Assembly (NCBI GenBank): GCA_004431415.1 | Contig: QPMI01000356.1 | Location: forward strand, 1 to 50,305 | Source: Cyanophora paradoxa CCMP329 | Lineage: Eukaryota > Plantae > Glaucophyta | DNA: 50,305 bases | Reading direction: 5' to 3' | Shown: piece after piece, positions 1 through 12,907 of the stretch | Layout of the letters: the number at the start of each line of letters is the position of its first letter | Numbering within the stretch: position 1 is the stretch's first letter | Notes under the pieces: generated by a model | The model's input: only the letters and a program-made list of their open reading frames with translations | Told to the model about the DNA's origin: nothing | Databases searched by the model: none | Position numbers and translations under genes: made by a program

Positions 1-2168
1 CTCTTCGTTCTCCCGCTCGTTCCGCTCCCGCCGGGCCTCCTCCAGCTCCGCCTCGAGCGCGGCGATCTCCTCGTGCGCCTGTGCGCGCTCCTCGTCCTGC
101 GGGCCGGCCTCCCTTAGCGGCGGGAGGGGGCGAACGGAGGGCGAGCCGGCGGTGCGCACGACGCGTCGGTCGGAGGCCTCCTGGAGCTCCTCGAGCTCCC
201 GCTCCGCCGCGGCGAGCCGGTCCATGAGCTCCTGGACGCGCTCCGCCGCCTCCGCCTCCGCAGCCTCCGCCGCCAGCGCCTGCTCCGCCCCGGAGGCTTC
301 CAGCTCGCCCTCCAGCTCCCGCACGCGCTCCTGCGCCGCCGCGAGCTCGGCCTGCAGCCGCCCTTCCGCCTCCTTCGCCTCCGCGGCCGCGCTTCTGCGC
401 TGCTCGGCGAGCTCCTGCAGCTCGCCCCCTGCGGCGACCGCCGCCTGCAGCTCGCGCTCCGCCGACTCGGAGGCCCGCAGCGCCCGCCGCGCCCGCTCGT
501 CCGACTCGGCCTGGCCGTCCTCCGCGTGCGCCCGCCACGAATCCGCCTCCTCCGCGTCCGCCCGCGCCGCCGCCGCCTCCGCCTCCGCCGCCGTGACCCG
601 CCCCGCGCCACGAACGCCTCGATCTCCGCCGCCCCGCCCGGCCTCCGCCTCCGTCGCGCGCCGCTCGGACAGCTCTTCGCGTTCCGTCGCTGCCTTCGCC
701 TCCTCCCGCGCCGCCGCCCCCACCGCCTCGGCATCCGCGGCCCGCCGGCGGGCGGCCTCCGCCTCCGCCGCCGCCGCCTCCGCGCGGGCCTCGCCTCGCT
801 GGCCCGGCGCTCCGCCGCCTCGGCCCGCTGCCGGGCGGTCTCGGCCTCTGCCGCCGCGGCCTCCGCGCGGGCCTTGGTCTGCTCCTCCCGCGTCTCGGCC
901 GCCTCCGCCACGCCCTCCGCCTCGTCCGCCCGCCGCTCGGCCACCTCGGCGCGCTCCAGGGCCGATTCCGCCCGGTCCTCGGCTTCTTCTGCCTTGTCCG
1001 CTGCCGCTCGCTCCGCTGCTGCCGCGCGCTCGGCCGCGCGCTCAGCTACACGCTGCGCCTCGACGGCCTCCAGCCGCGCTGCAGCCGCCGCGTTCGACCG
1101 AGCCTCCGCCGCAACCTGCGCGGCCTCGGCCCGAGCCGCCCGCTGCACAGCCGCCTCGGCCGCCTGCAACGCCGCGTCGCGCTCCTTGCGAAGCTCCTCT
1201 GCGCCACGGGATGCTTCCGCCGCCGCCGCGCGAGCCTCGTCTCGCTCACGCGTCAACGTCGAGCTGAGCTCCAGCGCTTCCGCAGTTTGCAATACGGACG
1301 CGCGTAGCTGAACGGAAGTAGAAGCAAGTGTCGCGCTGATGCGATCACGCTCTTGCTCGGCATCCTCGCGGGCCGCTGCAGCCGCGTTCCGCTCGCGGAT
1401 CGCAAGGTCGCGCTCAGCCTCCGCACGCTCGAGCAGCTGTAGCGATAGCCGACGCGACTCCAAAGCGCTGTGAAACTGCTTCTCGACGTGCTCAAGCCCG
1501 TACGAGACCGCACTCCGGAAGTTCTGCGACGAGCATGCGCAGCGCGCGCGGTCAGATTCGATCTCGGCTTCTTCTCGTCTAATCGAGGCCCGATCAGGCG
1601 AGGAAGAGCGAAACACGCTTCTAAGAGTCTGAATATATCAACAACGAGCGTCGTGTGCGAGGGACATCAGGTGAGTTCCCTTCACTCGGGAGCGCACCGT
1701 TACAAGAGCCTCGCGGCCGCTCTCGTCGCACAGCACGAATAGGTCGGGGCTGTCACTGACAAGCGAAGAAATGTTGACGTCTGCTGAGCGAGCGGTCGCC
1801 TTGCCCTTGTGCGAGGAGGCCCCGCCCGCGCAGGCTGATCCGGCAAGTGACCGCGTGAGCCGCTCGACCGATACGAAGGCGCTGTTTTCCGCATTATACG
1901 CCGCACGTATCCGCAAGTTCGCCTCACTTTCGTGAGCTCGGGCGGCCGCCTGCGCGTCGGAAAGCGGCAAGGTCAGTCAACGAGCGAGGCTTGCCCCAGG
2001 TGGCTCACCGGGTCTCCCTGCGTCGCCGCGCAACTCGCGGTCGGGGCGGCCATGGTCTGGAAGCCCACGAACGGCTGCTCCTTCCTCAGATCTTCCACTC
2101 TGTACCCCGCCGGCACGCTAGTTGCTGTACCCGGGCTGCCTCACCTTCAGTTCTGTGCGCTGCAGCAT
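1..2168 (-). CDS. Ala/Glu/Arg-rich coiled-coil protein (spliced; 3' end outside window)
   Basis: ATG at 2168 (MLQRTELK, then GTGAGG donor). Further exons around 2009-2105 and 1698-1970. Long heptad-like stretch LERAEAERDLAIRERNAAAAAREDAEQERD...AEERAESALERAEVAERRADEAE. Frame shifts near 600-800 (intron or indel). Confidence 0.6.
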
Positions 2169-2375
2169 ATGCAGCTCGCCGGGGCGCCAGCAGCTTTTAC
2201 GTGCACGTGCACGTGGCGATCACAGCAGACTCAGCGGATCACAGCATGCGCAAGATCAAAACTCTTGATATTCATATAAGCAGACAGCTACACACAGTCC
2301 TGTCTACGAGCCCTATCCTAGCTATAGGCGCTGGCTGATCATGGGCGTGCGCATGCGGGGCTCGAGGCGCCGGGG

Positions 2376-3604
2376 TCATCTCCTGGCGGACGCCTGCGCC
2401 CGCTTTGCCGCCTCGATCTTCGCAGGCAGCGCCTTCTTCGCCTGCCCCAGGGTCTCCTTTAGTGCCAGCGTCGCCGGGTGGTCTGCGCCGACCTGCGCGG
2501 CAGACGCCGGTGAGGCGCGGCCGCGCGCGGGCGACCCTCGCGCCGCTCCTCCCCGCGCACCTCCTTCGCGCTGATGTCCACCGCCTTCTGGTAGCTCCTC
2601 AGCGCCTCCTCGTACCGCTCCAGGAACTCCTGTGCCCCGGAAGTCACGCCGGGGTACGGAACCAACGGGGAGGGAGCGGGCGCGCCAGCTGGACGCCGAT
2701 GCTGTGGTACGCTATGGATGTCATGCTCGACGGAGGCTTCGGCGTGTTCTCCTCCTGCGGAACGCGCGGGCGGCGTCGGGAGGGCGGCGAGGTGCTCCAG
2801 ACGGGGCAAAGGCGCGACGCACCTGTGGGGCCGCCTCCGCCATTAGGAGCAGGTCCAGCGCTTGCCGCGCGTGCCAAAGGGCGAACTTGTGCCTGCGGGC
2901 GGGCGCTCATGATCAGCGAGCTCTCAGCGGCCGGCGCGGCGCGGCGCGTGGGAGGCGGCGCGCCTGCTGAGCTGCGAGAGGATGGCGCAGATGTTGAGGT
3001 GCGTGCAAGCGGGGTTGTCGGCCGTGTGCTGCGTTGTCTCGATCTTAAGAGCCTTCTCCGCGTACTGCAGCGCCGTCTTCAGCATCCCGCGCCTGGGCGG
3101 AGGGGTCAGGGGGGGCGGCCCGGCGCCGCGTGCGGGGCGGGCGCGCTTCTTCAGGTAGCACGCCATGTTGTTGAAAGTGATCGCCCGGAGCTTTAGGCGC
3201 GTCTCGTTCCGCTCTATCGACTCGTACGGCGGCTCCGTCAGGACCTCCGCCCGGCGCAGCAGGTTCTGGCATAGCTTCATGTCATCTGCGATGCGCAGCA
3301 TCGATCAGCGTGAGCTCAATCTCAGGGTGCACAAGGTGACAGCTTGCTCGCCGCCCAGCCGACAACGCGAGGGGGGGCGCGGTATACGGTCCGGGCGCAC
3401 CTTGCTGTAACGCCTGCATCGCATTCACGTTGCAGGCCTCCGTGAGCCTGTAGCCGCAGCCGGGTTAGCTAGCGAGCGCAGGAAGCGGCGAGCTCAGGTG
3501 GACTCGGACCTCTTCCAGCTGCGGAAAGTTATGTCATTGTCCCGTCCGAGCACTTGCTGCTCCTCGACCCACTGCCGCTCTATCTCTGCGATCTCCTCCA
3601 CCAT
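2376..3604 (-). CDS. TPR-repeat protein (kinesin-light-chain-like TPRs), spliced
   Basis: Joined exons read MVEEIAEIERQW...LRAITFNNMACYLKK|RGMLKTALQYAEKALKIE...ACTHLNICAILSQL...SIAYHSIGVQ...RYEEALRSYQKAVDI...VGADHPATLALKETL...ARR*. These are typical TPR helices with a 'DHP' cap. Confidence 0.75.
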
Positions 3605-3817
3605 CTATTCTCAACGGTGAGCCCGGTAGTCGCTGGAACCCCTACCCGGAAGCTAGCAATCGGCACTGAACAAACACGGCCTGAAGCCGGAGGAGGGCTG
3701 GAATAGGGTGCGTGGTTTTTTTTAGATGGGGGTATAAGTGAAACGCGATGGAGGCGGGCTTCGTTGCTGCCGGAGCTGTCGTTGGGGGCGTGCGTGCTGG
3801 CGGTGCCATCCTTGGAG

Positions 3818-6471
3818 ATGCGCCACAGAAGCGACCGCAAGAGCGGGGGCAGGTGCTTATGCCGCACGAGCGCCGCACGGGCGCGCAACCGGCGTCGTGA
3901 CGCGTTGCCGCCTCGCAGACGCATCGGCAGAGGGCGCGAGCTATCAGCTTGTGCGTCCACTTTCCCCCGCCGAGAGGCTAACGTCACGCGCTCCGCCGCG
4001 ACTGAACGTCGCAACGCGTGCAGCCGCGCGCAGCCACAGAGCGCGTCGAGCTTCTTCCCTTCGAAGCGTCTCCAGCAGAGGCCGTCTCCGCACCGCGTCG
4101 AGGAGCAGGTCAGAGCGAACCGCCCGAAGCACGTGTTCCCGTCCACGCCGCCGATCCGCTGCGCAGCGCTGCGAGACGCCGCGCGCGGAGAGCTCAAGCG
4201 CCGTGACGAACGCTGCGACCCCTGTGGACTCGGAGGACATCGCGTGGCCCTGGTGGCCCCTGGTGCGCCCGCCCGGGAGCGCCCCGCGCGCCCCGCGCCC
4301 GACCGCGGCGCGCTGCAGGTGCCGTTGTACCCGTACGGCAAGCGGAAGACGATCCGCAAGGAGGTCGTCTACAACAACATATGGACCTTCGACCAGATGC
4401 AGGTCCGCCGCCGACCCCGACCCCGGCCCCCCCTCTGTCCCGCCGCTCTGACCGTGGCGCCCCGCAGGGCATCTTCTATGTCGGTCTGCCTTGCCATATA
4501 CCCCTCCGCCTTGCACCCTGCCCTCTCGTCACGCCCGCCGCGCACCGCAGTCGTGCCCGTCCGCATGACCGTCATCCGGTGCGCCCCGCCCCGCGCAGTC
4601 TGTACCCCCGCTGGACGCGCCGACCCCCCTGCCAGGCTCCGGAACGGAGGCCTGATGGTGTACGCCCCCGTGGCCCCGACGCGCGAGTGCATCCGCATGG
4701 TCCGCGAGCTCGAGGCCGCCTATGGCGAGGTCCGCCTACCCCCCGCGCTTCTCCCCCCTCCCCTCCCCCCCGGCTTCTGACGCGCGCACCTCAGGTGAAG
4801 TACATCATCGTCCCGACGAGGTGCGGGCGGGGCCGGGTGCCCGCCAGCGGCCGGCCGCCCTGACGGCCGCTGCGCCCCCGCCGCCGCCCCCGCCGCGCAG
4901 CACGGGCCTGGAGCACAAGGTCTTCGCTGGTCCCTTCGCCCGCCGCTTCCCCAACGCCCGCGTCTACGTCGCCCGCAACGCCTGGTCCTTTCCGGTGACC
5001 ACGTACCCCTCCCCGCACCCCCCGCACCCTGGTCGAGCGTCGGCGGCGCAGCTCAACCTCCCCCTCTCCTGGCTCGGCCTCCCCGGCGGTCGCACTCAGG
5101 TCAGCGCGCCCACCGCTTCCCAGCCGCGTCCCCCCTCCTCCTCTGATCCGCGTACCCCCAGTACCTCCCCGAGACGGCGGCGGAGACGCCCTTCGGCGAC
5201 GAGTTCGACCTCGCCGCCATACCCCCCGTCGACCTCGGTCCGTACCCCGGCCCGCCCCTCGCGATCGCCCTTCTCTCCGCCCAACGGGGGTACAGGGGTG
5301 GGCCCGTTCGAGGAGGTTGCGCTCCTGCACCGCGCCACGGGCACCCTTATGGTCACCGGTGCGGACCCCTGCCGCCCCTCCCCCCGTCCTTCTCACCGGG
5401 GCCTCAGACGCGCTGGTGAGCATCCCCGACGAGCCGCCCGAGGTGCCTACCCGCCCCGCCCGCCCGCCCGGCCCCTCGCCCCCGGCCGGCCCCGCTTGCT
5501 TCTCTCTGCTAGAAGAATACCGCCTCCGATCTCATAGCAGCGCCCCGATAAGAACGAAGGGCTCGAGAAGCGGCGGGCGCTGAGCTGGGCGGGGGCAGAT
5601 CGTGTCGGCGGGGGTGGACGGGCCCTTCCCCCTGCTCTACCACGCCCGCGACCGCGCCAGCGACCCCGCCGTCGACACCCCCGAGAACCGCCGCAAGGCC
5701 CGCCCCTCGCCTTCGTCGTCGTTGCTGGCCGCGTGCGCTGAGCGCGCCCCGCAGGGCTGGCACCGCGTCGCCCTCTTCGCCCTCCTCTTCCGCCCCTCCG
5801 TCCTCGACGTCCCCACGGTGCGCCCAGCCCCGTACCCCCCTCCCGGAGCCCCCCCGAGCCCGGGCGGCAGCTGGGGGAGGCGCTGGCGGACGCGGGGACG
5901 GCCCCGGACCGCTCCCGCCGCAACCTCTTCGGCCTCTTCCCCTTCAAGTGGCGCCCCGAGTGGGAGGACTCCTTCCACGTGAGACCCCGTACCCCCACCC
6001 CGCTGCTCCCCCGCCCGACGGGCGCCCCGGGCAGGCCCTGCGCGGCGAGGGGCGCCTCCTCGTCGCCCCCATCCTCCAGGAGGTCCTCCTGCCCAGGTAC
6101 CCCTCCCTTCTCCCCCGCCCGCCCCCCGCCCCCCGCCCCTGAGCTTTCCTCCCCGCCCCCTTCCCTCAGGGACCCGTACCGGGTGCGGGAGTGGGCGAAC
6201 ACGGTGGCGGGCTGGAAGTTCGAGCGGATCATCCCGTGCCACTTCGACGCCCCCATCTCCGCCACCCCCAACGACTTCCGGCGAGCCCCCGTCCCCGCCC
6301 GCCGCCCCGCGAGCGCCCCTCTGAGGGGGCGGCAGGCGAGCGTTCGCCTTTCTGGAGCGCTCGAGCGCGCCGGTGGCGCCCCCCAAGGAGGAGGACCTCA
6401 GCTTCATGCGCTCCCTCGAGAACGGCCTCGTCAAGGCCGGCGTCATCCCCGCCCGCCGCCCCAAGCTCTAG
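3818..6471 (+). CDS. DUF4336 family protein (cyanobacterial-type, metallo-beta-lactamase-like), probably plastid-targeted; many exons
   Basis: Spliced peptide WPWWPL|VPLYPYGKRKTIRKEVVYNNIWTFDQMQ|GIFY|VVPVRMTVIR|LRNGGLMVYAPVAPTRECIRMVRELEAAYGE|VKYIIVPT|TGLEHKVFAGPFARRFPNA...FPFKWRPEWEDSF...FERIIPCHFDAP...RRPKL* resembles cyanobacterial DUF4336 proteins as I recall them. Start codon uncertain. Confidence 0.85.
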
Positions 6472-6746
6472 CCCACCCCTCTCAAGCCGGCCCCGCCGCC
6501 CACCCCGCCCCCGGCCCTCGCTCTCTCTTCCTTCACTTAAGCATCATGAAGATATAAGATAATCGCTTTCAATTGTGGCTTTGATGCAGCAGGCATCGCT
6601 TTTCTTGTTTCTGCATAGTTTTCGGTATTGCTACAGGTTACCCTACAGATCCAATGTCCCTCCCGTGTGCTCGATGACATTCAGTTGAACAGCGCGGAGC
6701 AGAGCGCCGGCGGGCGCGCTGAGGGAGGGTGGCGGGCTGTGGCCCT

Positions 6747-9700
6747 CAGGAGCCGCGCCCGCGCTTCTTGAAGCCGCCGCGGAGGCGCATGGCGGCGCGG
6801 TAGGCGGCCTGCCCCACGTGCGCCTCCCCGTTGCAGTAGAAGACCTGCACCCCGCCGCCGGCACTCGCATCGGGTCGGCGCGCGGGGCGGTGCTAGTGGG
6901 CCCCCGTTCGCTGTATTTTGCTCATTCTTCCTGCTTACCTTCTGGCCGTTGACGGTCCTCCACCCGTTCGCGCCGGCGGAGCGCTGCGGGGCGGTGAGGG
7001 CCGGGGGCGGCGCGGGGCGCTCGGGGCCCGGGGTCGGCCGCACGAAAGTCGGGACGCCGGAAGAGCCGCCGCCACCGCCACCGCCACCGCCACCGCCGCG
7101 CCCGCCACCGCGCCCGCCGCGGCGGCCGCCGCGGGCGGGGCTGCGGGACTGGGACTGGGTGGCCGCCGGGGCGGACGAGGAGGCGGCCGGGCCTCCGCCT
7201 CCCCTCGTCCTCCTCGGGTTCCACCACCGGCCGCCGCTTCCGGCCCGCCCCGCCGCCTCCCCGCGCCCCCGCGCCTCGCCGCCGCCGCGCGGGGCCCGGG
7301 CTTGCGCTTGGAGACGAAGCCCGGCTCGCCCCGCTTGGGCTTGGGCGGGGCGGCCTTCTGCGCCGGCAGGCCGCCGAAGATGCCCCGCCCACCCCGGGCT
7401 CCCCCGGCTGCCCCTCGCGCCGCGTCGGCCGGCGGGGCGGCAGGCGAGCGCGCGCGGGGGCCCACCTGGATGCGGACGAAGTTGCCCATGTAGGCGCGCT
7501 CCTCCTCGGTCATCTGGCTCTCCGGCACCGCCTCCTCCTCCTCCTCGCCCTCGCCTCGCCCTCGCCGTCAGTCGTCGCGTCATCGTCCTCCTCCTCGCCG
7601 CCGAACGCCTCCTCGGGCGCGGGTGCTGCTGCTGGCCTGCGCCCGCGCCGCCCGGCGCCTGGGGCGGCGCGTGGGCGCCAGCTGGAGGCGCGCGCGGCGG
7701 AGGCGGGCCCATGGGGTGGGAGGGGTGAGGGCTGGGCGGGGGTCCCGGCGCGGCCCTGGAGGGGTACGACGGTCCGGGGCCCGGGCGGGAGAGCGCGGGC
7801 CGGGGCCGGGGCGGGCGGGCCCCGGGCGGAGTGCGAAGGCCCCGCGCCGGCGGGCGCGCGGGCCGGCGGCGGGAGCTGGGGCAGGGGCGCCTCGGGAGGG
7901 TACAAGCCATGGGAGGGCTGAGCGGGGGTAGAAGAGGAGGCAAAGGTGGCCGGGGCGCCGAGGCGCGCCGCGGCAGGGCGGGCGAGGCCGCCGGCGGCGG
8001 GCCGGCGCGGGGACGGCGGGAGTGGACTTGCGCTGCGCGGGGCGGGGGCGGGGCGTCGGAAGGGCGGGGCGGGGCGGCGAGGGTACGGCATGCGCACCTG
8101 GGCGAGGATCTCCTCCTCGTCGATCATGCGGATGATTGCGTCCATCTCCTCGTCCTCGTACCCGCTCGGCGGCTCCGGCGCCGCCGCCGCGGCGGCAGCG
8201 CGCCGCGGCTCGGCGAAGGCCGGGAGAGGGCGCTTGGGCCGGCGGCGGCCGGCGGGAGCGGCGGCGCCGGCGGGAGGGGGGCGCGGTCCTGGGGCCCCTT
8301 TGCGGCGAGGATGTCGGCAGCAGTGAGGAAGGGGCGCGGCGCCCGCCCCGCCGCCGACGCCGCGAAGGGGTTGACAGCGCGCCGTGGCGCCGGTCCGGGC
8401 CGGGCGTTGGGATCCTCCGTGGGGACGGGCTGCGGCGGCGGCGGCGGCGGCGGCTGCTGCTGCTGCTGCGCCGCCAGCCCGGGCTCCAGCTTTATGATTG
8501 GCGCCCTGGCCGGGGCCGGGGCCGGGGCCGGCTCCGGTTCCAGGACGGGAGACGTGAACGGGTTCGGGGCGGGGCCCGGGCCGGGGGTGGCGAAGGCGAA
8601 GGGCGGGACGGGTGGTGGGTCGGGGCGGGCGGGGGCGGGGGCTCGGGCGGGGGCGGGGGCCGGCTCCGGCTGCTGCGTGTAGTTCTGGCTGTCGAGCCCC
8701 AGGTCGAGGGAGAAGCACGGGAGCTCGTCCTCGAGGAAGCGAGGGGGCCGAGGGGGCGGCGCTGGCGCTGGCTCCGCCGCGGAGGGCGCCTCGCCCGGCG
8801 CCTCCCCCTCGCCCTGCGTCTCCGCCTCGCCCGCGCCCTCCTCGTCAAAGCCCAGGGAGAGGTCGAAGTCGGGGAGGGTGCAGGGCGGGTCCTCCCCCGC
8901 CCACCGCCCCCCGCGCCCCTTCCACGGCTCGCAGAGGAGCGGCTCGGGGGGCCGCGAGGAGGCCCCCTGGCCCTCCCGCTGGAAGCGGGCCGGCCATTCG
9001 GGGGGCGGCGAGCCCTGCCGCGCCTCTTCCCGGCCCGCCGCCGCCGCCGGCGAGGAGGCGGCGGGCGTCGCGGGGCGCGGCTGGACGCCCTCCGCCGCCC
9101 CCTCCGCCTCCTCTGCATCTTCGATGCGCGGCCGCCGGCGCGGCCGGCGCTCCGACCCGCCCGCGGTGGCCGGCGGCTCGGCGGGGTACAGGCACCCCTG
9201 CACGTAGAGCGCCCACGCGGCGCAGACGTCGCACTCTGCGCGCCCCGCCGGCAGCAGAGACGACTCGGGGAACTCGCTAAGCACAGCCTCCCACTCCTGC
9301 GCGCGGCGTTGGGCGAGCAGATTGCGGCGGGAGACGACGGCGCGCCGCACCGAGGCCGACGCTAGCGAGCGGCCGGAGGGATCGCCGGTCATGTTGCCGT
9401 GCGGGCAGCGGAGCCCGCCGTTGGCGTCGCCCGTGATCGCTCCGGCTGCGAGCCGCCTGTTCGGGAGCGGCGTGGGCGGGGCGCGCGACGCAAGGGACGC
9501 ACCCTCGCGCCAGTTGGATGCGAGCCAGAAGCGCGCCTCCGCATCGGGGCTCTCGCCCTCCGAAGCGTGGGCCTGCGTGGAGAGCCCGCCCCGCCCCCCG
9601 GCTGCGGCGCTGGCGCCAGTGCTCCGGCTGCTGCTGGGAACCGCTGCGGCGCTTCTCGGGGAAGCGCTCCGCTCGCGGCCTTCCGCGGCACTTGTGATGT

Positions 9701-10127
9701 TCTCGCCCTCCGCTCCCGCCTTTGCCGCGGCTTCGCGGCTGCCGCCGCTTGCGGGCCCCGGCTCGTCGTCCCCCGAGAGCTCGATGACCTCGTCGACGTG
9801 CTCCCCGCTCGATGGAATCCGCGCCGGCGTCTGCTCCGTGCTCGCAGCTGCGGGAGGTGCCGGATGATGCGAGGACCGCCGATTTGCGGAAGCGAGCGAC
9901 CCGCTGCTGCTGCTTCGCGTCGCTGCTCCGCTGCTGCGTCCAGAGGACGACGACGCACTTGGCGCGGCGCTCGGACCCGCGGCGGGGACGCGGGGCCTAC
10001 GAGGTGCGCGGTCAGGGTCCGGAGTTCAACTGAAGGGAATCCGGCGCCGGGGCGATCGAACGCACGTAGCGCCGGAGTTGGTTCTAATGAACTGGAGCAT
10101 TGGCGCCCCGCTGCGTTTCGGCGGCAT
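6747..10127 (-). CDS. Hypothetical Pro/Ala/Glu-rich, largely disordered protein (probably nuclear)
   Basis: MPPKRSGAPMLQFIRTNSGAT|, then a long exon (VDEVIELSGDDE, AECDVCAAWALYVQGCLYP, LPDFDLSLGFDEE, MDAIIRMIDEEEILAQ). Later exons MTEEERAYMGNFVRIQ and VFYCNGEAHVGQAAYRAAMRLRGGFKKRGRGS*. No family recognised. Confidence 0.55.
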
Positions 10128-10567
10128 TCTTGCTGCCCGAAATTTGAAATCAGGGGCACGGGAGGCATCTCGTTGGGCAAAAATTCTTACCCGCCCTACC
10201 GTGCAGCGCGCAAGCGGCAGCTGAGGAGGTCTAGTTGCCCCCAAAGTACGCGCAGGGGGGTAGGGCGACGAAATTAGCTGGGGTACCACTTACCTTCGTT
10301 CGCTTAGCTGTGCCGTGACGCGGACGCTGGACGCAGCAGGAATCTGCGTGACTTAGCCCTAGGCCTACCCGGCAGTAGAGGCACCGCTGCCGGCCAAGCA
10401 GCATCCCTGCCGCAGTGGAAGCACCGGCGCACCAGTTCGCCTGAGCCTCTCAGCCGGCGCGCGCACTGCGGCAGTTGAGTCCCTTCAGTCGAATCGAACG
10501 ACGCCCGCCAGGCGTAGGCCAGCTGTTTCGCCGGGCCGCGGAACAATACCGAGGCCTGGGGTGATCC

Positions 10568-12496
10568 ATGCAGACCCCGCGCGGTGAAGGTGCGCGATCC
10601 GAAGCCGCAACGTGTGGCGCGGACGGGCAACTTCTCGGGCCCGATATCGATCGTACCTGGGGAGTGCAGCGCTCTTGCAATTGGTCGTTTCGATGGTCCT
10701 TCTCTATCTGGATTGTTATCTCGAGAGTGGAGGGCGCTGCGATCGTTTTAGACAGAAGCTTAAGCGCAATCCGCGGCGCGCGGCCCGTTGGGCGCGCCAG
10801 CTCCTCGCTGAGCTTTCCGCGGCGCTGGCCGGCATGCGCAGTTCGGATCTGGGACCGCATGGCGGCCGAATACGACACGATGGTGGGCGTGATCGCCTCC
10901 CTGTTCACGAAGGACGCCGTCGGGCAGCTGGCAGACTACTCGCGCCGCCACGGGGCCGGCGCCCCCAACGGCAAGCGCTTGCGCGCCCTCGAGGTCGGCC
11001 CCGCTCGACCGCAGCTTGCAATTCGCCGCGCCGCGCCGCGCGCTCTGACCAGCTCGCAGGTCGCCGCAGGCACGGGCGCCCTGACCCTCCCGCTCCTCCA
11101 GGTCCGACGGCCCCGGGCCGCCTTTGGCCTCGCCTCGCCTCTTCGCCGGCCCCCTCGATCCCGCCCCCGCAGGCAGGGTACGATGTGGAGGCGACGGACT
11201 TCAGCCCCATGATGCTCGAGCGCCTCCGGGAGAACGTGAAGCGCGTACCCCCGTCCCCCACGGCGGGCCGCGTCCTCAAGGTTGAGGTCAGAGTGGGGCC
11301 CGAGGCCGCGCCGGCCCGATCGGGGCCGCCCTGAGAGGGCGCAGGTTCTAAACGGGGAGCATCTGGGCGCGCACGCGGACGGGTCGTGGGATTTGATCTG
11401 CAGCTCCTTCGGCCTCATATTCTTCGGCGAGCGCCTCAAGGCCCTCCAGGCAGCCCCGTACCCCCTTCCCCGCCCCGTACGCCCCTGATCATGAGGACGG
11501 CGGCAGGGCTTCCTGAAGGCGGTGCGCCCCGGGGGCCTCCTCCTGAACGCCTCCTGGACGCCCCCCTTCGAGTTCCTCACCCTCCTACCCGCCTCCATCA
11601 AGGTAGCCCCGTACCCCCCTTTGTCGAGCCGCGTACCATACCCCTCTCACCTGCTTGCTTCCCTCTCCTCAGCGGGCGTTCCCCGACTTCGCGCTGCCCG
11701 CCCCGACGCCGGACTCCCCGGGGCCCCTCTCCATGGCCGACCCCGCCAAGGTAGCCCCCCGCCTCCCAGGGACGCGCCCCCCCATCAACCCACGTACCCG
11801 CAGGTGGAGGCGGACCTGAAGGCGGCCGGCTGGGTGGACGTCGAGGTGGGTGTCCCCACGCGCCCCGCCCCGCCCGCCCGCCGCTGTACCCCCCAACCCC
11901 CCCGGGGCCCGCCAGGTGAGGAAAGTGTCGCACGAGGTGAAGTGGGCGACGCGGGAGCAGCTCTACAACGTGGCCAAGGACTCCCCCAGTGCGCCATCTG
12001 CCAGCGCAGATCTCAGCAGTTAGCTAGGGGCGGTGCGAGGCTGCGCCGCTGACGCGCCCTGCCGCACGCGCAGTCCTCTACGACGTGCGCGCCGCTCGCC
12101 GGCCCCGCCTCCGGCCTCGACCCACCCTCGAGGGGCGCCGGGGGCCCGGTCTGAGGCGGGCGGGCGGGCGGGGGGGCGGCGGGCGCAGGCGGCGAGGAAG
12201 GCGACGGGCCTGCAGGACGCCGGCGTCATCGTCGTCATGAAGGCGCCCCGCCCCGCCCCGCCCCGCCCCGAGCTCGGAGCCGGCTGCTCATGATCAGCGC
12301 CTCGCGCGCAGGCGCTGCGGGAGGTGATCGAGGAGCGGTACAAGACGGAGCCGATCGTCCTCCCCCAGGTGCCCCGCCCCGCCCCGCCCCGCCTCCCTCG
12401 CCGCCCCCTCCTGGTCATGGGCCCCCTGACGAGCCGCGGGCGTCCGGGGCGCGCGCGCAGCACGCCCTGGTCGCCATCGCCCGCCGCCCTGCCTAG
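10568..12496 (+). CDS. Class I SAM-dependent methyltransferase (Methyltransf_11/25-like), spliced
   Basis: IWDRMAAEYD...LRALE|VAAGTGALTLPLLQ|AGYDVEATDFSPMMLERL...WDLICSSFGLIFF...KALQ|GFLKAVRPGGLLL: motif I (ExAAGTG), TDFS and RPGG motifs. Start uncertain. Confidence 0.85.
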
Positions 12497-12907
12497 GCCT
12501 CGAGGGGGTGCAGGAGGCGAAGGGACGAGAGGGCCCGGCCGCGCGCGTACGGGGCCCTCCTCCCGGCTTTTTTTGAGATTTCGCTTCGTTTCCTTTCTGC
12601 ACGCTTTCTTCTCCGCTACTTTTGATCTATTCGCATACTTTGACTCTTCGCTGTGTAGGATGTGTGCGTAGCTATAGGGTATGGATGTTCCCGAGAATTA
12701 CTTACAGAGCGCCACTATGTACATGGGTTTCAAGCGGGGATGCGGAGAGCTCCACACCAGGGCGCGCACCGCGGCATGGATTGCACTCGGCGGGAGGGGA
12801 TGAGAGCTCGAGGTCGGCGACAGCCTCGGGATCGGCCGGCTGCAGCCGTGGCCGCAGCCGGCGAGGGATCCAGAGGCGGCGGGGCCCGGGGGCCGCGGGG
12901 GCCGGGC

